Assembly: GCF_006345805.1 (NCBI RefSeq)
Contig: NC_043015.1
Location: 42,780,001 to 42,844,000 of the forward strand
Direction: 5' to 3'
Source: Octopus sinensis
Taxonomy: Eukaryota
DNA: 64,000 nt
The translations under genes were made by a program, and so were the position numbers. This document shows positions 1 to 14,257 of the stretch, piece by piece. Position 1 is the stretch's first letter; every line of letters begins with the position of its first letter. Under the pieces are notes generated by a model. The model searched no databases. It was given only the letters and a program-made list of their open reading frames with translations, and was not told where the DNA came from.

Positions 1-503
1 GTATCTCAAAGTCTCATCTAACCCATGCCAGCATGAAAAAAATGTTGACATAAAAAAAAAATCAATAACATTTAATGTAATGTGTGTGATAGAAAATTCT
101 AGTCAACATTATGCAAGGTTTGCATATAACCCAAGGTCAGTCCTGATCAAGCAGATGTACAATCTAAAGCATTCTAGTTATGACCTCTCCTTTTCATTAC
201 ACACAGACTTACTAAATATATATATAAATACACACCTACTTTATTTAGATCTATATATATATATGTGTGTGTATGTATATGTTTGTGTGTTGGTGTTTGT
301 CCCTCCACCTTCACTTGACAACTGATGTTGGTGTGTTTACGTATCCATAACTTAGCGGTTTAGCAAAAGAGACCAATAGAATAACTACTAGGCTTACAAA
401 GAATAAGTCCTGGGGTCGATTTGTTTGAGTAAAGGTGGTGCTCCAGCATGGCCGCAGTCAAAATAACTGAAACAAGTAAAAGAATAAAAGTAGTGCCTAT
501 ACA

Positions 504-544
<41 letters not shown>

Positions 545-770
545 AATACACACATACATTAACTCAATTAACAAAATTATAACGATCCATTTTTTAAATT
601 TTATAAGCAACTTTGTTAACAGAAGAAGGTAAGCCATAGTTTTTTTTGATGCCAGTAAATTCTTAAAATTATGGAAAATTAACATATATATATATATACA
701 CACACAGATATACATACATATATTGACCAGTCTGAAATACAATATCCATACATACACATATATATATAAT

Positions 771-1370
771 TAAGAGAAATAACCTCTATTAAGCAATCCA
801 ATAGTGAAAGACATTATCTATATTATATAGAAAAAATTCAAATATACTATAATAAATATTTAAAAAATCAATAAATTAGATAAACATTAAATTGACTACA
901 TGCATTTCGTGACTATATCTTTAAATCAATAATAAAATCGATACTATTAAAATTCGATTAAAAAATATAGCCACTCTTCAGGTTTAAAATAATAAAATAA
1001 ATAACAAATAAATATACGTATTGTAACAATAAATAATCGATTAAAATTTCGCAATATTGATAAAAAATAAAATCATAACTTATCTTTTTGAAGAATTCCA
1101 TTTAATTCTATATTTATTTGTTAATTATTATATGTTAAGATACATACATTTATTTTATTATTTTAGACCTGAAGAGTGGCTATATTTTTAAATTGAATTA
1201 ATTTTAATAATATTAATTTTACTATTATTGATATAAATAGTCAGTTTAATGGTTATATAATTTATTGATTTTTTGAATAATATTTATTATAGTATATTCA
1301 ATTTTTTTCTATGTAATATACATAATGTCTTTCACTATTGAAATGCTTAATAGAGTTTTTTCTCTTAATT
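771..1370. repeat. Long imperfect AT-rich palindrome
   Basis: Arms ~771-1010 and ~1150-1370, e.g. tatagccactcttcagg / cctgaagagtggctata. Confidence 0.75.
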
Positions 1371-1514
1371 ATATACATATATTATATATTGTGAAATTTA
1401 GAATGAGCATAAACATTATGCTCATTAGAATTGCTAAACTGAATTTTCCCTGTAAGTTTGGAATTATATTCCCTATTATTATTATTAATAATAATATTAC
1501 TATATATATATATA

Positions 1515-1629
1515 CAGGGTGGCCCAAAAGTAGGTTTACAATTTTTTCTTTATAATTAAGATCTAAACTTAATATATGAATGCGAGAGAAATAGTTGAAT
1601 AACTATAAACCTACTTTTGGGCCACCCTG
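1515..1629. mobile_element. 115-bp Tc1/mariner-type MITE
   Basis: Perfect 24-bp TIR cagggtggcccaaaagtaggttta; TA on the left, inserted in a TA/TG microsatellite. Confidence 0.8.
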
Positions 1630-1637
1630 TGTATGTA

Positions 1638-1670
<33 letters not shown>

Positions 1671-2764
1671 GCATGTATAGGTACAGGACGTCACTGGCAG
1701 TAAACAACATGATATATGAAAACAAATGAGTTAAATACGCAAATGGCGAGTGGGAAAAAGGAGAAAACAAGACAAATAATACAAAGAACGACCCTTCATC
1801 AGTTGTCGACTGTCTATCTACTCCCCATTTCAAGCATCCATTTCCAAGTATATGTATATATATATAATACTTATTTAAAATACAGAGGCCTACTATGATC
1901 CATTTTACACAAAAGAAAATCATTTGAACATAATTATATGTAATTTAATCAAAGAAAAAAATATATATGTATATAAACACTTTCTTTTGTTTATGGAACA
2001 AGTTAAATATATGGAACAATAAAAAGCCATAGTGATTCTGTTAGATTTTGTTGTTTTTATTATTATATTATTTGGAAAAATAACAGAATCAAATGTGATT
2101 GCTTTGCCGTTTTTCTTCTGAACCTCTTATTCTTCCATCTAACAATTCAGCGCCATCATTACAGTTCTTCTAACTTCCATTCTTTGTTCATGATTTGGCC
2201 ACATGTTTGCACTGCAACATGTTGGAAATAAAGGGCCCTTTTTGTTGTTTTTTTTTGCAACAATCACATGATGCCAAGGCAAAGAGACACAAACACTTAC
2301 ACACATGCACATGGACACATACACACACACACACAAACATACACACACACACACACAAACATATATATATGTGAGTGTATGTGTGTATATAAAGCACTGG
2401 TGCCCGTGGCACTAAAAAGCACCCACTACACTCTGTAGTGGTTGGCATTAGGAAGGGCATCCAGCTGTAGAAACCATGCCAGATCAGATTGGAGCTTGGT
2501 GCAACCGCTGGCTCTCCAGACCTCAGTCAAACCATCCAACCCATGCCAGCATGGACAACGGACATTAAACGATGATATGGAGGAGAAGGAGTTGTGGATA
2601 TAGGTGCAGAAGTGGCTCTGTGGTGGTAAGAAGCTTGCTTCCCAACTACATGGTTCCGGGTCCAGCCCCACTGCGTGTCACCGTTGGCAAGTGTCTTCTA
2701 TTATAGCCTCAGGCCAACCAAAGCCTTGTGAGTGGATTTGGCAAACAGAAACTGAAAGAAGCCC

Positions 2765-2797
<33 letters not shown>

Positions 2798-3779
2798 ATT
2801 TTGTTATTTGTGTCTGTGTTTGTCCCCACCCCCCACCATCAGTTGTTGCTGTTGTTGTTTCCGGTAATAATATTCTTGTTGATGTTGATGATGATGCTGT
2901 CATCATTTGTTCTGCTGCTTCTGCTACTGCTACTACTGCTACTACTGCTACTACTGCAGGGGAAGTTCCCTGCTGAGTCGAACAGTCCTTAGAGATGATA
3001 TCATGAAAGTGCCCCTTCAAACCCAAATGGCTCAGACCAATCATTGTCTGAGCCTTAAGCAAGGGAGCTGTGGTTCCCAACCTTTTCACTATCAAGAATT
3101 GATGATTTATTGAGAAGCTGAGCTAAAGCTGCTCTGACATGTAACCTCCCACTAGAATCCTTGTGAAGGCGTGTAGCCTAGTGGTTAGGGTGTTGCAGTC
3201 AGAATCATGAGGTCATGGTTTCAATCCCTAGACTGGCTGTGTATTGAGTTCTTGAGCAAAACATTTAATTTTACATTCCCAGTTCATTCAGCTGTAAATG
3301 GATGACTTTGTGATGGGTTGGTGTACAAGGGGGAGATGGTGTCTCAGGAAATCACCTGAACAGAGCTCTCACAAACCATGCTTTGTATTCAGTAACCAAA
3401 AGGACGTATAGTACAACCCGTACTGTGAATCCCGACTGGTTGGAATTGGTTATTCAACATCATCGAAGATTAATCAATCAACCAACTAATCAATCAGTTA
3501 ATCAATCAATCAACCAATCAATCAATCAGTCAATCAATCAATCAGAATCCTCATACTTTGATTGTCTTAGCTGCTGTTGCCAAAAAAACAAGTGAAGCAA
3601 CAGGATGAGACTAAAATATTTTCCAAGTCAATAAGTTTCACCTCTATATTCCAGTATATATTGATATGGAGGTCAATTCGGAAACAGTGCTATGACCTAC
3701 TTTTGCTGGTTTGTAGTCTTGAAGTCTGGGATATAAAGTTATTGTCCTTTGTTCTGCCATTTTCTGGAGAGAGTGATGA

Positions 3780-4713
3780 CTTTTGAAGAGACCTTCGACT
3801 CTGTGCCAGTCAAAGAAGGGTCGAGGAAGCTACCCTTTAAAAAGCGGGGGCTGTGAGTCTGTTGGACAGTTGGGGAACCAGAGCGAGTTGGTGACAGGTG
3901 GTTCCGCCGGAGACAGTGAATGTGAAAGACAGACAAGCGAGAGGATGACAGCGTAGAGGAAGACAGGCAGATAGGATTAAGAAGAGCGAGAGGCAACGGC
4001 AACGTTGAGAAAGACATACACAGAGGATTGAGGAGGTGAGGGAGATTACGGTGTGAAGGCATTGGCTATTTGTAGTAGCTCGTAATGGTATGTTTGTTTA
4101 TGTTTTGATGTGTTAAAGAAGGAAAAAGAATTGTTGAAATGTAAAAGATTGATGTGAAAAAAGGAGGAAGAAGTACTGAATTAAAGAAATGAGACTATAA
4201 AGAACATTGTGAATTGTGTTACAGAGTTGTTGAAAAAGAAAGAGAAAGACTCTAATGTAGAACATTGAACTCTGAACTATATTGCATCAATTTGAACCGT
4301 ATCGTTAATGTGAACATTATTTGTTTTAATTTGATCTGAACTGTTGTCTCCGGACTGTATATTGTACCTGCATGCTTTGATCTTGTTAATTTTGTTGCAT
4401 GTTATTCTCTTTGATGTACCTGATGTATTTTACATTGTATTTGATGTCGTAATTGTTATAAACTGTTCTTAAATGTAAGCCAACTGCTTTCCGCCGTGTC
4501 TCTCTGTATCTCTTCCTGTTGCTGTTGTTGTTGTTGTTGTTGTTATCTCCGGTCGCCGGTTGCCGAGTTCGCTGCCACCTTCCCCCCCCCCCACCGAATT
4601 CTCTCGTTCCGTGGCGGATTCGTCGATCGATCGAGCCGGTCGATCGTCGTCGCTCGACTTGGTAGGGTCCCGGGTTTTCCGAAGAGTTTGAGCGACGGCA
4701 GGTATTCGTAACA
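3780..4713 (-). mobile_element. Possible LTR or retroelement end with a CpG-rich segment
   Basis: Minus strand begins TGTTACG at 4713 and 4480-4700 is unusually CpG-rich. I could not identify a matching second terminus or a TSD. Confidence 0.3.
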
Positions 4714-5019
4714 ATATGAATGTTTTTTTTTTTTTTCACAAACCCCCTGCAGATATATAGTCCACTGCCCCTACTGGTATCACCACCTTGCTTGTAAACA
4801 TCTCATCACTTATATCTGATTTGTCAACTCTTTTTACCCTTCCCTGATTTCATTTCATCCATCTTGGAAACCTCCACCAACTTTCTAAACATCTGAGTCT
4901 CCGTCTACCACCTTACGATCATGATGCTGACGCCCTAACCACTAAGCCACGAGCCTCCACTACACAAATATATAGATGCAAATAAATAGATATGATATGT
5001 ATACGTAAGAAATACACAA

Positions 5020-5061
<42 letters not shown>

Positions 5062-6559
5062 TCATCGTCCACAATCTCCGTTCACATGGTTAATATAATG
5101 GTTGTGTGTTAACATACATACATACATACATACGTATGTATTATATTAAGCATGTGTATATAAATCGTGGATGTTGCTGTGATGATTCTAGCGATAGTTT
5201 GGTTTGGCAATGTATCTGGCCTCCAATGTACCGCTGATGGTAGGCTGGGTAGGAAATGACGGAAGTCCATCTCCGCACTCTTTCTCAAGTACTTATTTAC
5301 CTGGATTCGTTACAACACATGATATGTTAACAGTTCTGACTGTGAGTATCAAAAAAATGTGTGAGGAAGAAGCAGAATTTCAAGGAGGGAGGGAGTTGGT
5401 AGGAACGGCTTTTGTGTATTTACGTACGATTTGCCTATATACACACACACATACAAACTGCGTGTGACTAAAAAAGAGGTAGGCCGCAATATCGTTGGGA
5501 CTAGAGGACTATATTTATGGAATGGTGTGGTTATGGCGACTTACATTCAGGACTTTAAGTTTCTTTACCAACGATGATCATTGCGTCTCTTCAGCTACCG
5601 CAAGCCCGGTACTTGTAATACTATCAACTATGGGTACCAAGATTACTACAGGTGAAGCTGTTCTGGAGTCATGCCGACTCATACGGGCCAGTTACCCGCT
5701 TCTGTAGAGTATATATTCTGCACCTGGATGGGACGCCAGTCCATCGCAGTATTACTCATTTTTGCTGGCTGGGGGATTGGAGCAACGTGAAATGAAGTGT
5801 CTTGCTCAAGAACACAACGCGTCGCCCGGTCCAGGGATCGAAACCATGATTTTACAATCACGAATCCAATACCCTAGCCACTAAGCCATGCACCTCTCAC
5901 CAATCCCACTTACGCAAATGATCGCATGTTAAATAGGTTAAGAAACGATGGTTTAGATCCACCTGCCTTGAAAGTACTATTAACATTCCTGAGATCAACT
6001 TCTCGGATCTTATTCTTGACCTTGACATTGATCCTTCCAAGTCTTTTAGGAAATAAAAATGAGGAACTTACTACCATATATTAACGCAGGGTCCTTTTAC
6101 CTTTATGTATTTTCAAAAAGCTCGTGAAAGGCGTAAGCAGTCGTCCAGCCAAGGGTTATTCAATTACGTAGCCCCTTACTAAAAACGGTATCAGAAATAA
6201 CATTCCCTATCATCCTCACCATAGTACCACAAGAAAAACCAGGCTCGAAAAAGTCATACGGCTTTCTCCACCTACCCAGCCATCTTCTAAAATTTGATAA
6301 ACATTTAACACAAGGGCACACATACAACAAATTTGTTTAATAGGCATACGGTTAAATTCACTTATAACTGCAACCCCTAACATGATACAAAACACAACCG
6401 CAGAGGTCCAGCTCTGCTACTGACGCTGGAAACCCATGGAGGAACCTCTTTGAGATGCTCCCTGAATGAATCTTGATACCAAGACGACCATATATAAGAC
6501 AGAAGTAAAATCTACTCACCTATACGAACCAGGACCCTAAATGATATATTGGACTAACC

Positions 6560-7200
6560 AAGAGAACTTTACCTTTCTTTGTTTCTTCCTTTCATCTTTT
6601 CTTTCTTCCTTTCTTTTTTCTTTCTTTCCTTCATTCACTTATTCATTCATTCCTCATTTTTCCTATTTTCTCTATTTTCTTCTCTCTCTACCTTTCCTTC
6701 AATGTCAATCAATTTTTCTTCTCTCTTTTTTCTCCTTCCTCATCTTTTCCTCTTTCCACCCCATTCTTCTTTCGTCTCTTAATCGTTCTTTAGTTTCTTT
6801 TTTTCCTTCTTTCAACCTTCTATCTTAACTACCTCATTCCCATTCTTCCCTTATAAATATCCTTCTTTCTACCATTTCTTCTTCTCTCTATCTCTTACCT
6901 GTCTTAAACGGGAACAGTTGCAGAATAACTAAACACCTCACAGTATCTAGTTTCGTTCCTTTACGTATAAAAAGCACAAATACCGCCGGGTTTGTCTTTA
7001 CACCCCTCGTCCTTCTGGGGTAGATAAATTAGGTACCAGTCAATTATTACAGTGGAGTCGAATAAACCAACCAAATATCTCTGCCCAAAATTCCTGGCAT
7101 TCATCCAAAGTTGTAAATCGTCTTATTTTTATCTTTCTTTCTTTCTTTCTTTTTCCTGCCCTCAGCTTCTCTTTAAACGTCTACTCTCACCACCACCACC

Positions 7201-7240
<40 letters not shown>

Positions 7241-8228
7241 ATCTATGTATCTATCTCTCTCGTACACATACGCATACAGAGTCATTCACATATACAGACA
7301 TACACACTGTCTTGCACGTACCTATTGACATTCTCACACACAACAGGTAGACTCACATGCACTTACACACACACACACACAAACTCACTACACTCACTCT
7401 GTCTCTTTATTCTTTCTTTCCCTCCTTCCACCTCCTCTTATTTATTTCTCTTCCTCTCTCCCTTTCCTTCTCTCTCCCTCTCTTTCACACACACGCTCAC
7501 ATCCTTTTATCTCTTCCCTATCCGTCTCCTACCACTCCATACGTTCTTTGTCTCTCTCTTTGCTCTCTCACTTTTCCGCTTTCCACCTTTTCTTAAAGTT
7601 CTTTCTAATTCTCTCTTTCTTTCTCCCTCTCTCTCTCTCTCTCTCTCTCACTCACTAATACACACACTCAAACACACACACACACACTCACACACACACT
7701 CACACATACTCACTAATACACACATTCACACGCATACACACTATACACCTCCCACCTCCATTCTATTTTTCTTTTCTTTCTTCTCCCCTTTCCCATCTTT
7801 TATCGTCTGCAAACAATATTTCATCACCTCTCCCTCCCCACTTTTATAATCCTTTTCTCTTCTTTCTCACACTGCCTCTCTCTCTTTCCCTCCCTCTCTC
7901 CCTCTCTCTCACTCGTTCTCCCTCCCTCTCTCTCTCTCACTCGCTCTCCCTCCCTCCCTCTCCTCTCAATTCTCTCTTTTTACACTCTTACTTCATCTCT
8001 ACTCTCTCTTTCTTTCCTTTTCTATTATTAGGTTCCCGTTCACTTACTTTCTCTCTCATCCCATTCCCCCTCCCTCTTCGTTTCTTACATCCCTCCTCCC
8101 GCTCGCTTGCTCTGTGTGTGTGTGTATGTGTGTGTGTGTGTGTACGTGCGTGCGTGCGTGTGTGTGTATGTGTGTTCTCTCTAGTCTCTCTCATATTCTT
8201 TATCTTTACTCTCTTTCTCTGCATTTCT

Positions 8229-8273
<45 letters not shown>

Positions 8274-8560
8274 TCTCTCTCTCTCTCTCTTTCTGCTTCT
8301 CCCTCCCCGTCTTATATTTCTTTCTCGCTCTCTTCCTCTCATTCTCACCCCATTATCACCCCCTCCCGCTGCGTTTCTAAACCCCACTTCTCTCTTTCCC
8401 CCCTCTCTCTCTCTCTTACACTTTCCTGTCCTTCTTTTCTCCTCCCCTTCATCCTCCTCTCTCATTCTCTCCTTGTATCGTCTGCAAACCTTCATTTTCT
8501 TCGTTTCACCCATATTTCCTTTCATCTTCCTTGTATTTTATCTTTTCCTTAGCATTTCAT
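6560..8560 (+). repeat. ~2-kb pyrimidine-rich low-complexity block (CT/CA/TTC repeats)
   Basis: Strong strand asymmetry; source of many spurious Leu/Ser/Phe-rich ORFs. Confidence 0.9.
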
Positions 8561-8891
8561 CACATCCAACCTATCAAATCTGTTCTTCGTTGTCTGTCAT
8601 CTACAAAAGCACACCTAACTTTTTCCTTCAATTTCCTTCAGACTTTTATAATTAAACAACTCAGATTCAGCCACTCCGTAAACGAACAGCCGATCAGCAA
8701 GCACCTTTACCAAACGAATTAACCATTTAAGAAACCGTTCTGTTTAATTAAATAAATCAAATATAAAAACAAAATAATTTGAAACAAATAATTAACAATA
8801 CTAATTAAATTAATAAATATATAAATAAAAGTTGCTTTTACTGATCTTTTTTTTAAAAAAAGGACAAATTTTGGTAAAAGAAAAGGAAATC

Positions 8892-9086
8892 ATGACAGAG
8901 AATGAAGTCATTGAAGAACGGGTTCTGAATTTGGAACCAGTTGCCAAGACTGAATTATTGCCTGAAAGAGAAATTAAATTCTATGTGGCTTTCACGGAAG
9001 CGGCTGATCCGAAACTTGGTGGAATTCACAAGGAAGAATTTATGGATGTTGCCAAACAGATAGGATTTAGTAAAATAACCATTGAG
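8892..9086 (+). CDS. EF-hand gene coding exon 1 (N-terminal extension plus degenerate EF1)
   Basis: ATG at 8892 has A at -3; strong donor GAG|GTGAGT at 9086/9087. A possible acceptor at 8861-8862 (T-tract then AG) suggests an upstream exon, so the true start could lie further 5'. Confidence 0.8.
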
Positions 9087-9428
9087 GTGAGTGATTCTGT
9101 CTTTTTTTAAAATTATATTTAAAAAAAAACGAAAAAAAAGCTATTTTGTTTTATTTATCGATGATTTGGCAGTGGTGGGGACATTTGCGTGTGTGTGTGT
9201 GTGTGTGCGTACGTATACATGTGTGTGTATATACACACTTACCTACATATATACAGTGATAAATACATAGACATAGATATACATACATACATACATAATA
9301 TTAATGTTTGTTTTTATGTTCAGTTATAATAAAAACAATTTTACATTAATCCCAAGGGTTTCTCCGTAGAGTACAAATTTATTATTCTTAACATTCTTGT
9401 TTAAGAATAATACATACATCGTACATAC

Positions 9429-9485
<57 letters not shown>

Positions 9486-9739
9486 CATACATATATGTGT
9501 ATATGTATAATGTGTGTATGTATATATATAATAATATTAGGGAGTATAACTCCAAATTTACAGGGAAAAATTCCATTTAGTATTAAATCAAATTTCACAG
9601 TATAAATATAAATTAAATTAGAGATAAAACCACTATTAGGCAACTCAAACAGTGATATTAATTATATATATTTTCGTTTTTTATGTTTTGGTTTATGTCT
9701 ATCACTGTTTGAGTTGCCTAATAGTGGTTTTATTCTAAT

Positions 9740-9775
<36 letters not shown>

Positions 9776-10046
9776 ATATATACATACATATATGTGTATA
9801 TGTATAATGTGTGTATGTATATATATAATAATATTAGGGAGTATAACTCCAATTTACAGGGAAAAATTCCATTTAGTATTAAATCAAATTTCACAGTATA
9901 AATATAAATTAAATTAGAGATAAAACCACTATTAGGCAACTCAAACAGTGATATTAATTATATATATTTTCGTTTTTTATGTTTTGGTTTATGTCTATCA
10001 CTGTTTGAGTTGCCTAATAGTGGTTTTATTCTAATTATATATATAT

Positions 10047-10093
<47 letters not shown>

Positions 10094-10418
10094 TTTTTGG
10101 ATTTGGTTTGCAAGATTCTTTATATGAGTTCGTGTGTTGGAGCATATTCTGTTGTGTCTGGGGAGAGTCATTTTTTTTCTTTTTGTGCCTTATAATTTAA
10201 CACACTCACCTGTAAAATTTCCACTTAGTTTTGACTCTTGAGTCAAAACTATTGAAAAGGTTGCAAGACGCAACAAAAATTTTAGGAAAATAAAAATAAG
10301 AAATAAGTGGAAATTTTACCGGTGAGTGTGTTAAATCATAAGGCACAAAAAGAAAATGACTCTCCCCAGACACAACAGTATACACACACACACACACACA
10401 CACATAAGCGTGTGTGTG

Positions 10419-10452
<34 letters not shown>

Positions 10453-13060
10453 TGTATGTATGTATGTATGTGCGTTTGTATGTATGTGAGTATGTATGTA
10501 TCTATGTGTGTTTGTATGCGTATCTGTGTATGTGTATGTGTGTTTGTATGTATATATGTGTATGTATGTGTGTACGTATGTGTGATATATGTATGTATCT
10601 ATGTGTCTATGTATGTATGTAAGTGTGTATGTTTGTGTGTGATGTATGTATGTATATTATGTATGTATGTATGTACGTTTGTCAATTTGCGTTGCAAGAT
10701 TCTTGATGTGAAACCGCGTATTGAAACAGATATTGTATTTCGGGACGGTCATTTTTGCCTTTCTGCCCAATAAACACACGCACTATTTATTCGTTCTTCA
10801 CTCGTTTATTATTATTCTTATTTTATCTTACATCCATTGCCTGGAAGTCTTTCGTCACACATCTGTGACCTCTTCAGCAACCCTTTCCGTCACGTGTATC
10901 CTCCTGCTCCACTTAATCCATTATAAACACACACACACACACACAGAGTCTTTCACTCTGCCATTGTTGTCATCGTTATTCGACAACTATTTTTCCCCAT
11001 CTTATTTTGCACTTATGTTCTTACTTGTGTGTGTGTGTGCGCGCGCCCACGATCGTGTATAGGTACGTTGTATTTATGGAGATATATCAATGTGTCCGTA
11101 TCACTACTCCCGTCATCATTATCGTCAGCATCATCTGTTATGTTATTGGAAGTTATGAAAATTGTTTTTAGGTAAAAAAAAACACTTCATTTTTTTAATT
11201 AAATATCGATTCATCATTTTGATAAAATTCGTATTCATCTCTCTAAATAAATGTTTACCCCTTTGAATTTGCTTCCACCTACTAAATCCGTGTTCACCTC
11301 TTTTAAATTACGTTCTCACCTATAAATCTGTGTTTATCTTTTTAAAACGTGAGTTCACCTTTTTAAATTTATGTACACTTTCTTAAATTTACGTTCACCT
11401 CCATAAAATTGTGTTTACTTCATTAAATTTGTTTTTATCTGTTCAACCTTATATTAATCTCTTTAAATTTACATCCACGTCCTTAAATTTATGTTCACCA
11501 TTTTAAAATGTGTGTCCACCTCTTCAAATTTATGTTCAGGCCTTAAACTAATGTTCCCCTTTTGGAAATGTGTGTTCACTTCTTTAAATTGCGTCCACAT
11601 CTTTAAATTTACGTTTACCGTTTTAAAATGTGTGTTCACCTCTTCAAATTTATGTTCATCTCTTAAAACTAGTGTTCACCCTTTTAAAATATGTGTCAAT
11701 CTCTCCAATTTTGTGTTCAACGCTTAAAACTAATGTTCACCTTTTTAAAATTTGTGTCCACCTCTTAAAATTTATGTTCATCTCTTGAAACTAGTGTTCA
11801 CCTTTTTAAAATATGTGTCAACCTCTCCAATTTTATGTTCATCGCTTGAAACTAATGTTCACCTTTTTAAAATTTGTGTCCACCTCTTAAAATTTATGTT
11901 CATCTCTTGAAACTAGTGTTCACCTTTTTAAAATATGTGTCAACCTCTCCAATTTTATGTTCATCTCTGAAACTAGTGTTCACCCTTTTAAAATATGTGT
12001 CAACCTCTCCAATTTTATGTTCATCGCTTGAAACTAATGTTCACCTTTTTAAAATTTGTGTCCACCTCTTAAAATTTATGTTCATCTTTGAAACTAGTGT
12101 TCACCTTTTTAAAATATGTGTCAACCTCTCCCTCTCCAATTTTATGTTCATCGCTTGAAACTAATGTTCACCTTTTTAAAATTTGTGTCCACCTCTTAAA
12201 ATTTATGTTCATCTCTTGAAACTAGTGTTCACCTTTTTAAAATATGTGTCAACCTCTCCAATTTTATGTTCATCGCTTGAAACTAATGTTCACCTTTTTA
12301 AAATTTGTGTCCACCTCTTAAAATTTATGTTCATCTCTTGAAACTAGTGTTCACCTTTTTAAAATATGTGTCAACCTCTCCAATTTTATGTTCATCGCTT
12401 GAAACTAATGTTCACCTTTTTAAAATTTGTGTCCACCTCTTAAAATTTATGTTCATCTCTTGAAACTAGTGTTCACCTTTTTAAAATATGTGTCAACCTC
12501 TCCAATTTTATGTTCATCTCTTGAAACTAGTGTTCACCTTTTTAAAATATGTGTCAACCTCTCCAATTTTATGTTCATCGCTTGAAACCAAATTTCTCCA
12601 AATCTGTGTCTACATCTTCGAATTTATGTTCATCCCTTTAAAATGGTGTTCACCTTTTTGAAATTTTTATTCACTTTTTTTTAAAATTGTGTCCACATCT
12701 TTAGATCTGTGTTTGTCGTTTTGAAATTCGTATCCACCTCCCCAAATTTGTGTTCATCTCTTTACACAGGTGTTTGTTCACCTTTTCGAAATTTATGTTC
12801 ACTCCTTTAAATTCATGTTCGACACACTGTGAGTAATGTATATAAGGTGATCTGGAAACATACCTGTCAGTTACTTTTCAAATGTTACACAGGTGGAGGA
12901 GGAGGAGGAGGAGGGGGGAGTGATTGAATAGACTAAAAACGAAAGTGATGAAATAATCTTGATCATCATCATTATTGTAATTTAGACCTATTCAACCTTC
13001 ATTGAACAGAACTATAAACAAACATATTTCAGCCGAGACTAATATGGCTTTATCTATGCA

Positions 13061-13113
<53 letters not shown>

Positions 13114-14221
13114 ATGTATGTAGACGTATGCGTACATATTCTCAGGCACGCATAATCATAAAATCCCAGATTCTTTACGTTCTCAAAACAAATCTTTGAC
13201 AATCCGCTATATTTTCGGTTTTGGAAGAAGACCAGTGAGTTCGGTGGGAGTGGGTAAGTCGATTACATCCACCCCAGTGAATCACTGGTATTTATTTCAT
13301 CAACCCCCGAAAGGATGAAAGACAAAGTTGACCCCAGCGGAATTTGAACTCAGAACTTAAAGACGGACGAAATGCCGCTAAGTGTTTTGTCGGAAATTCT
13401 AACGATTTCTGCCAGTTCGTTGCCTTAGAAACAATGATGATAATATACTTACTGGTACTGGAACAAGGGCTAAAATTTTTCAGGAGGGGTTTAATCGATT
13501 ACATCCACCCCAGTCCGTCACTGGTATTTATTTCATTGACCCCGGAAGAGTGAAAGACAGATTTGGCCTCGGCGGAATTTGAACTCAGATTGCCGCTAAG
13601 CATTTCGTCCGGGGTGCTAACGATTCCATCTGCTCGCCACCGTAAGGGATATCCTTTCTACTAACGGCACAGGGTCAGCAATTTCAGGACAAGGGACTAA
13701 TTGATTACATTGACCCCAGTACTTCACTGGTACTTATTTCATAGACCCCAAAAGGATAAAAAGAGAGAGTCGACCTCGGCGGAATTTGAACTCAGAACGG
13801 CTGATGGCGCCAGTCTTAATCAGAATCGAGATCAGTGAAAAAGTATGTGTGAAAATATAAATATTATTAAAATAATATTATTATTATCCAACAAAAATAG
13901 AGCACCATCTTATAAATATATAAAGCAGTGGTACTGGCTGCTATTTCTAGCAATGATCGTACTTCGTCTACCACTGCTTTATATCTTTATGATTCTACCT
14001 ATATGGTGCTCTATTTTTGCTGGATAATAATATTATTATTTTGATAATATTTATATTTTCATCATGTGTGTGTGTGTGTGGCTGTGTGGTAAGTAGCTTG
14101 CTTACCAGCCACATGGTTCCGGGTTCAGTCCCACTGCGTGGCATCATAGGCAACTGTCTTCTACTATAGCCTCGGGCCAACCAAAGCCTTGTGAGTAGAT
14201 TTGAAAGAAGCCCGTCGTATA

Positions 14222-14257
<36 letters not shown>

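Noticed and set aside
960-1200. CTGAAGAG motifs in the AT-rich palindrome as possible hammerheads
   Set aside because: No stem II and no GAAAC downstream on either arm.
5900-6550. Moderate-complexity sequence that might be an exon or transposase remnant
   Set aside because: Partial manual translation gave no recognisable motif; a translated database search would be needed.
7052-7849. 265-aa ORF, the longest in the track
   Set aside because: Translation of the CT/CA low-complexity block; no recognisable domain.
11491-12590. Regularly spaced repeats that could be mistaken for a CRISPR array or a repeat-protein ORF
   Set aside because: Contiguous tandem units with no unique spacers, eukaryotic context and no cas genes.
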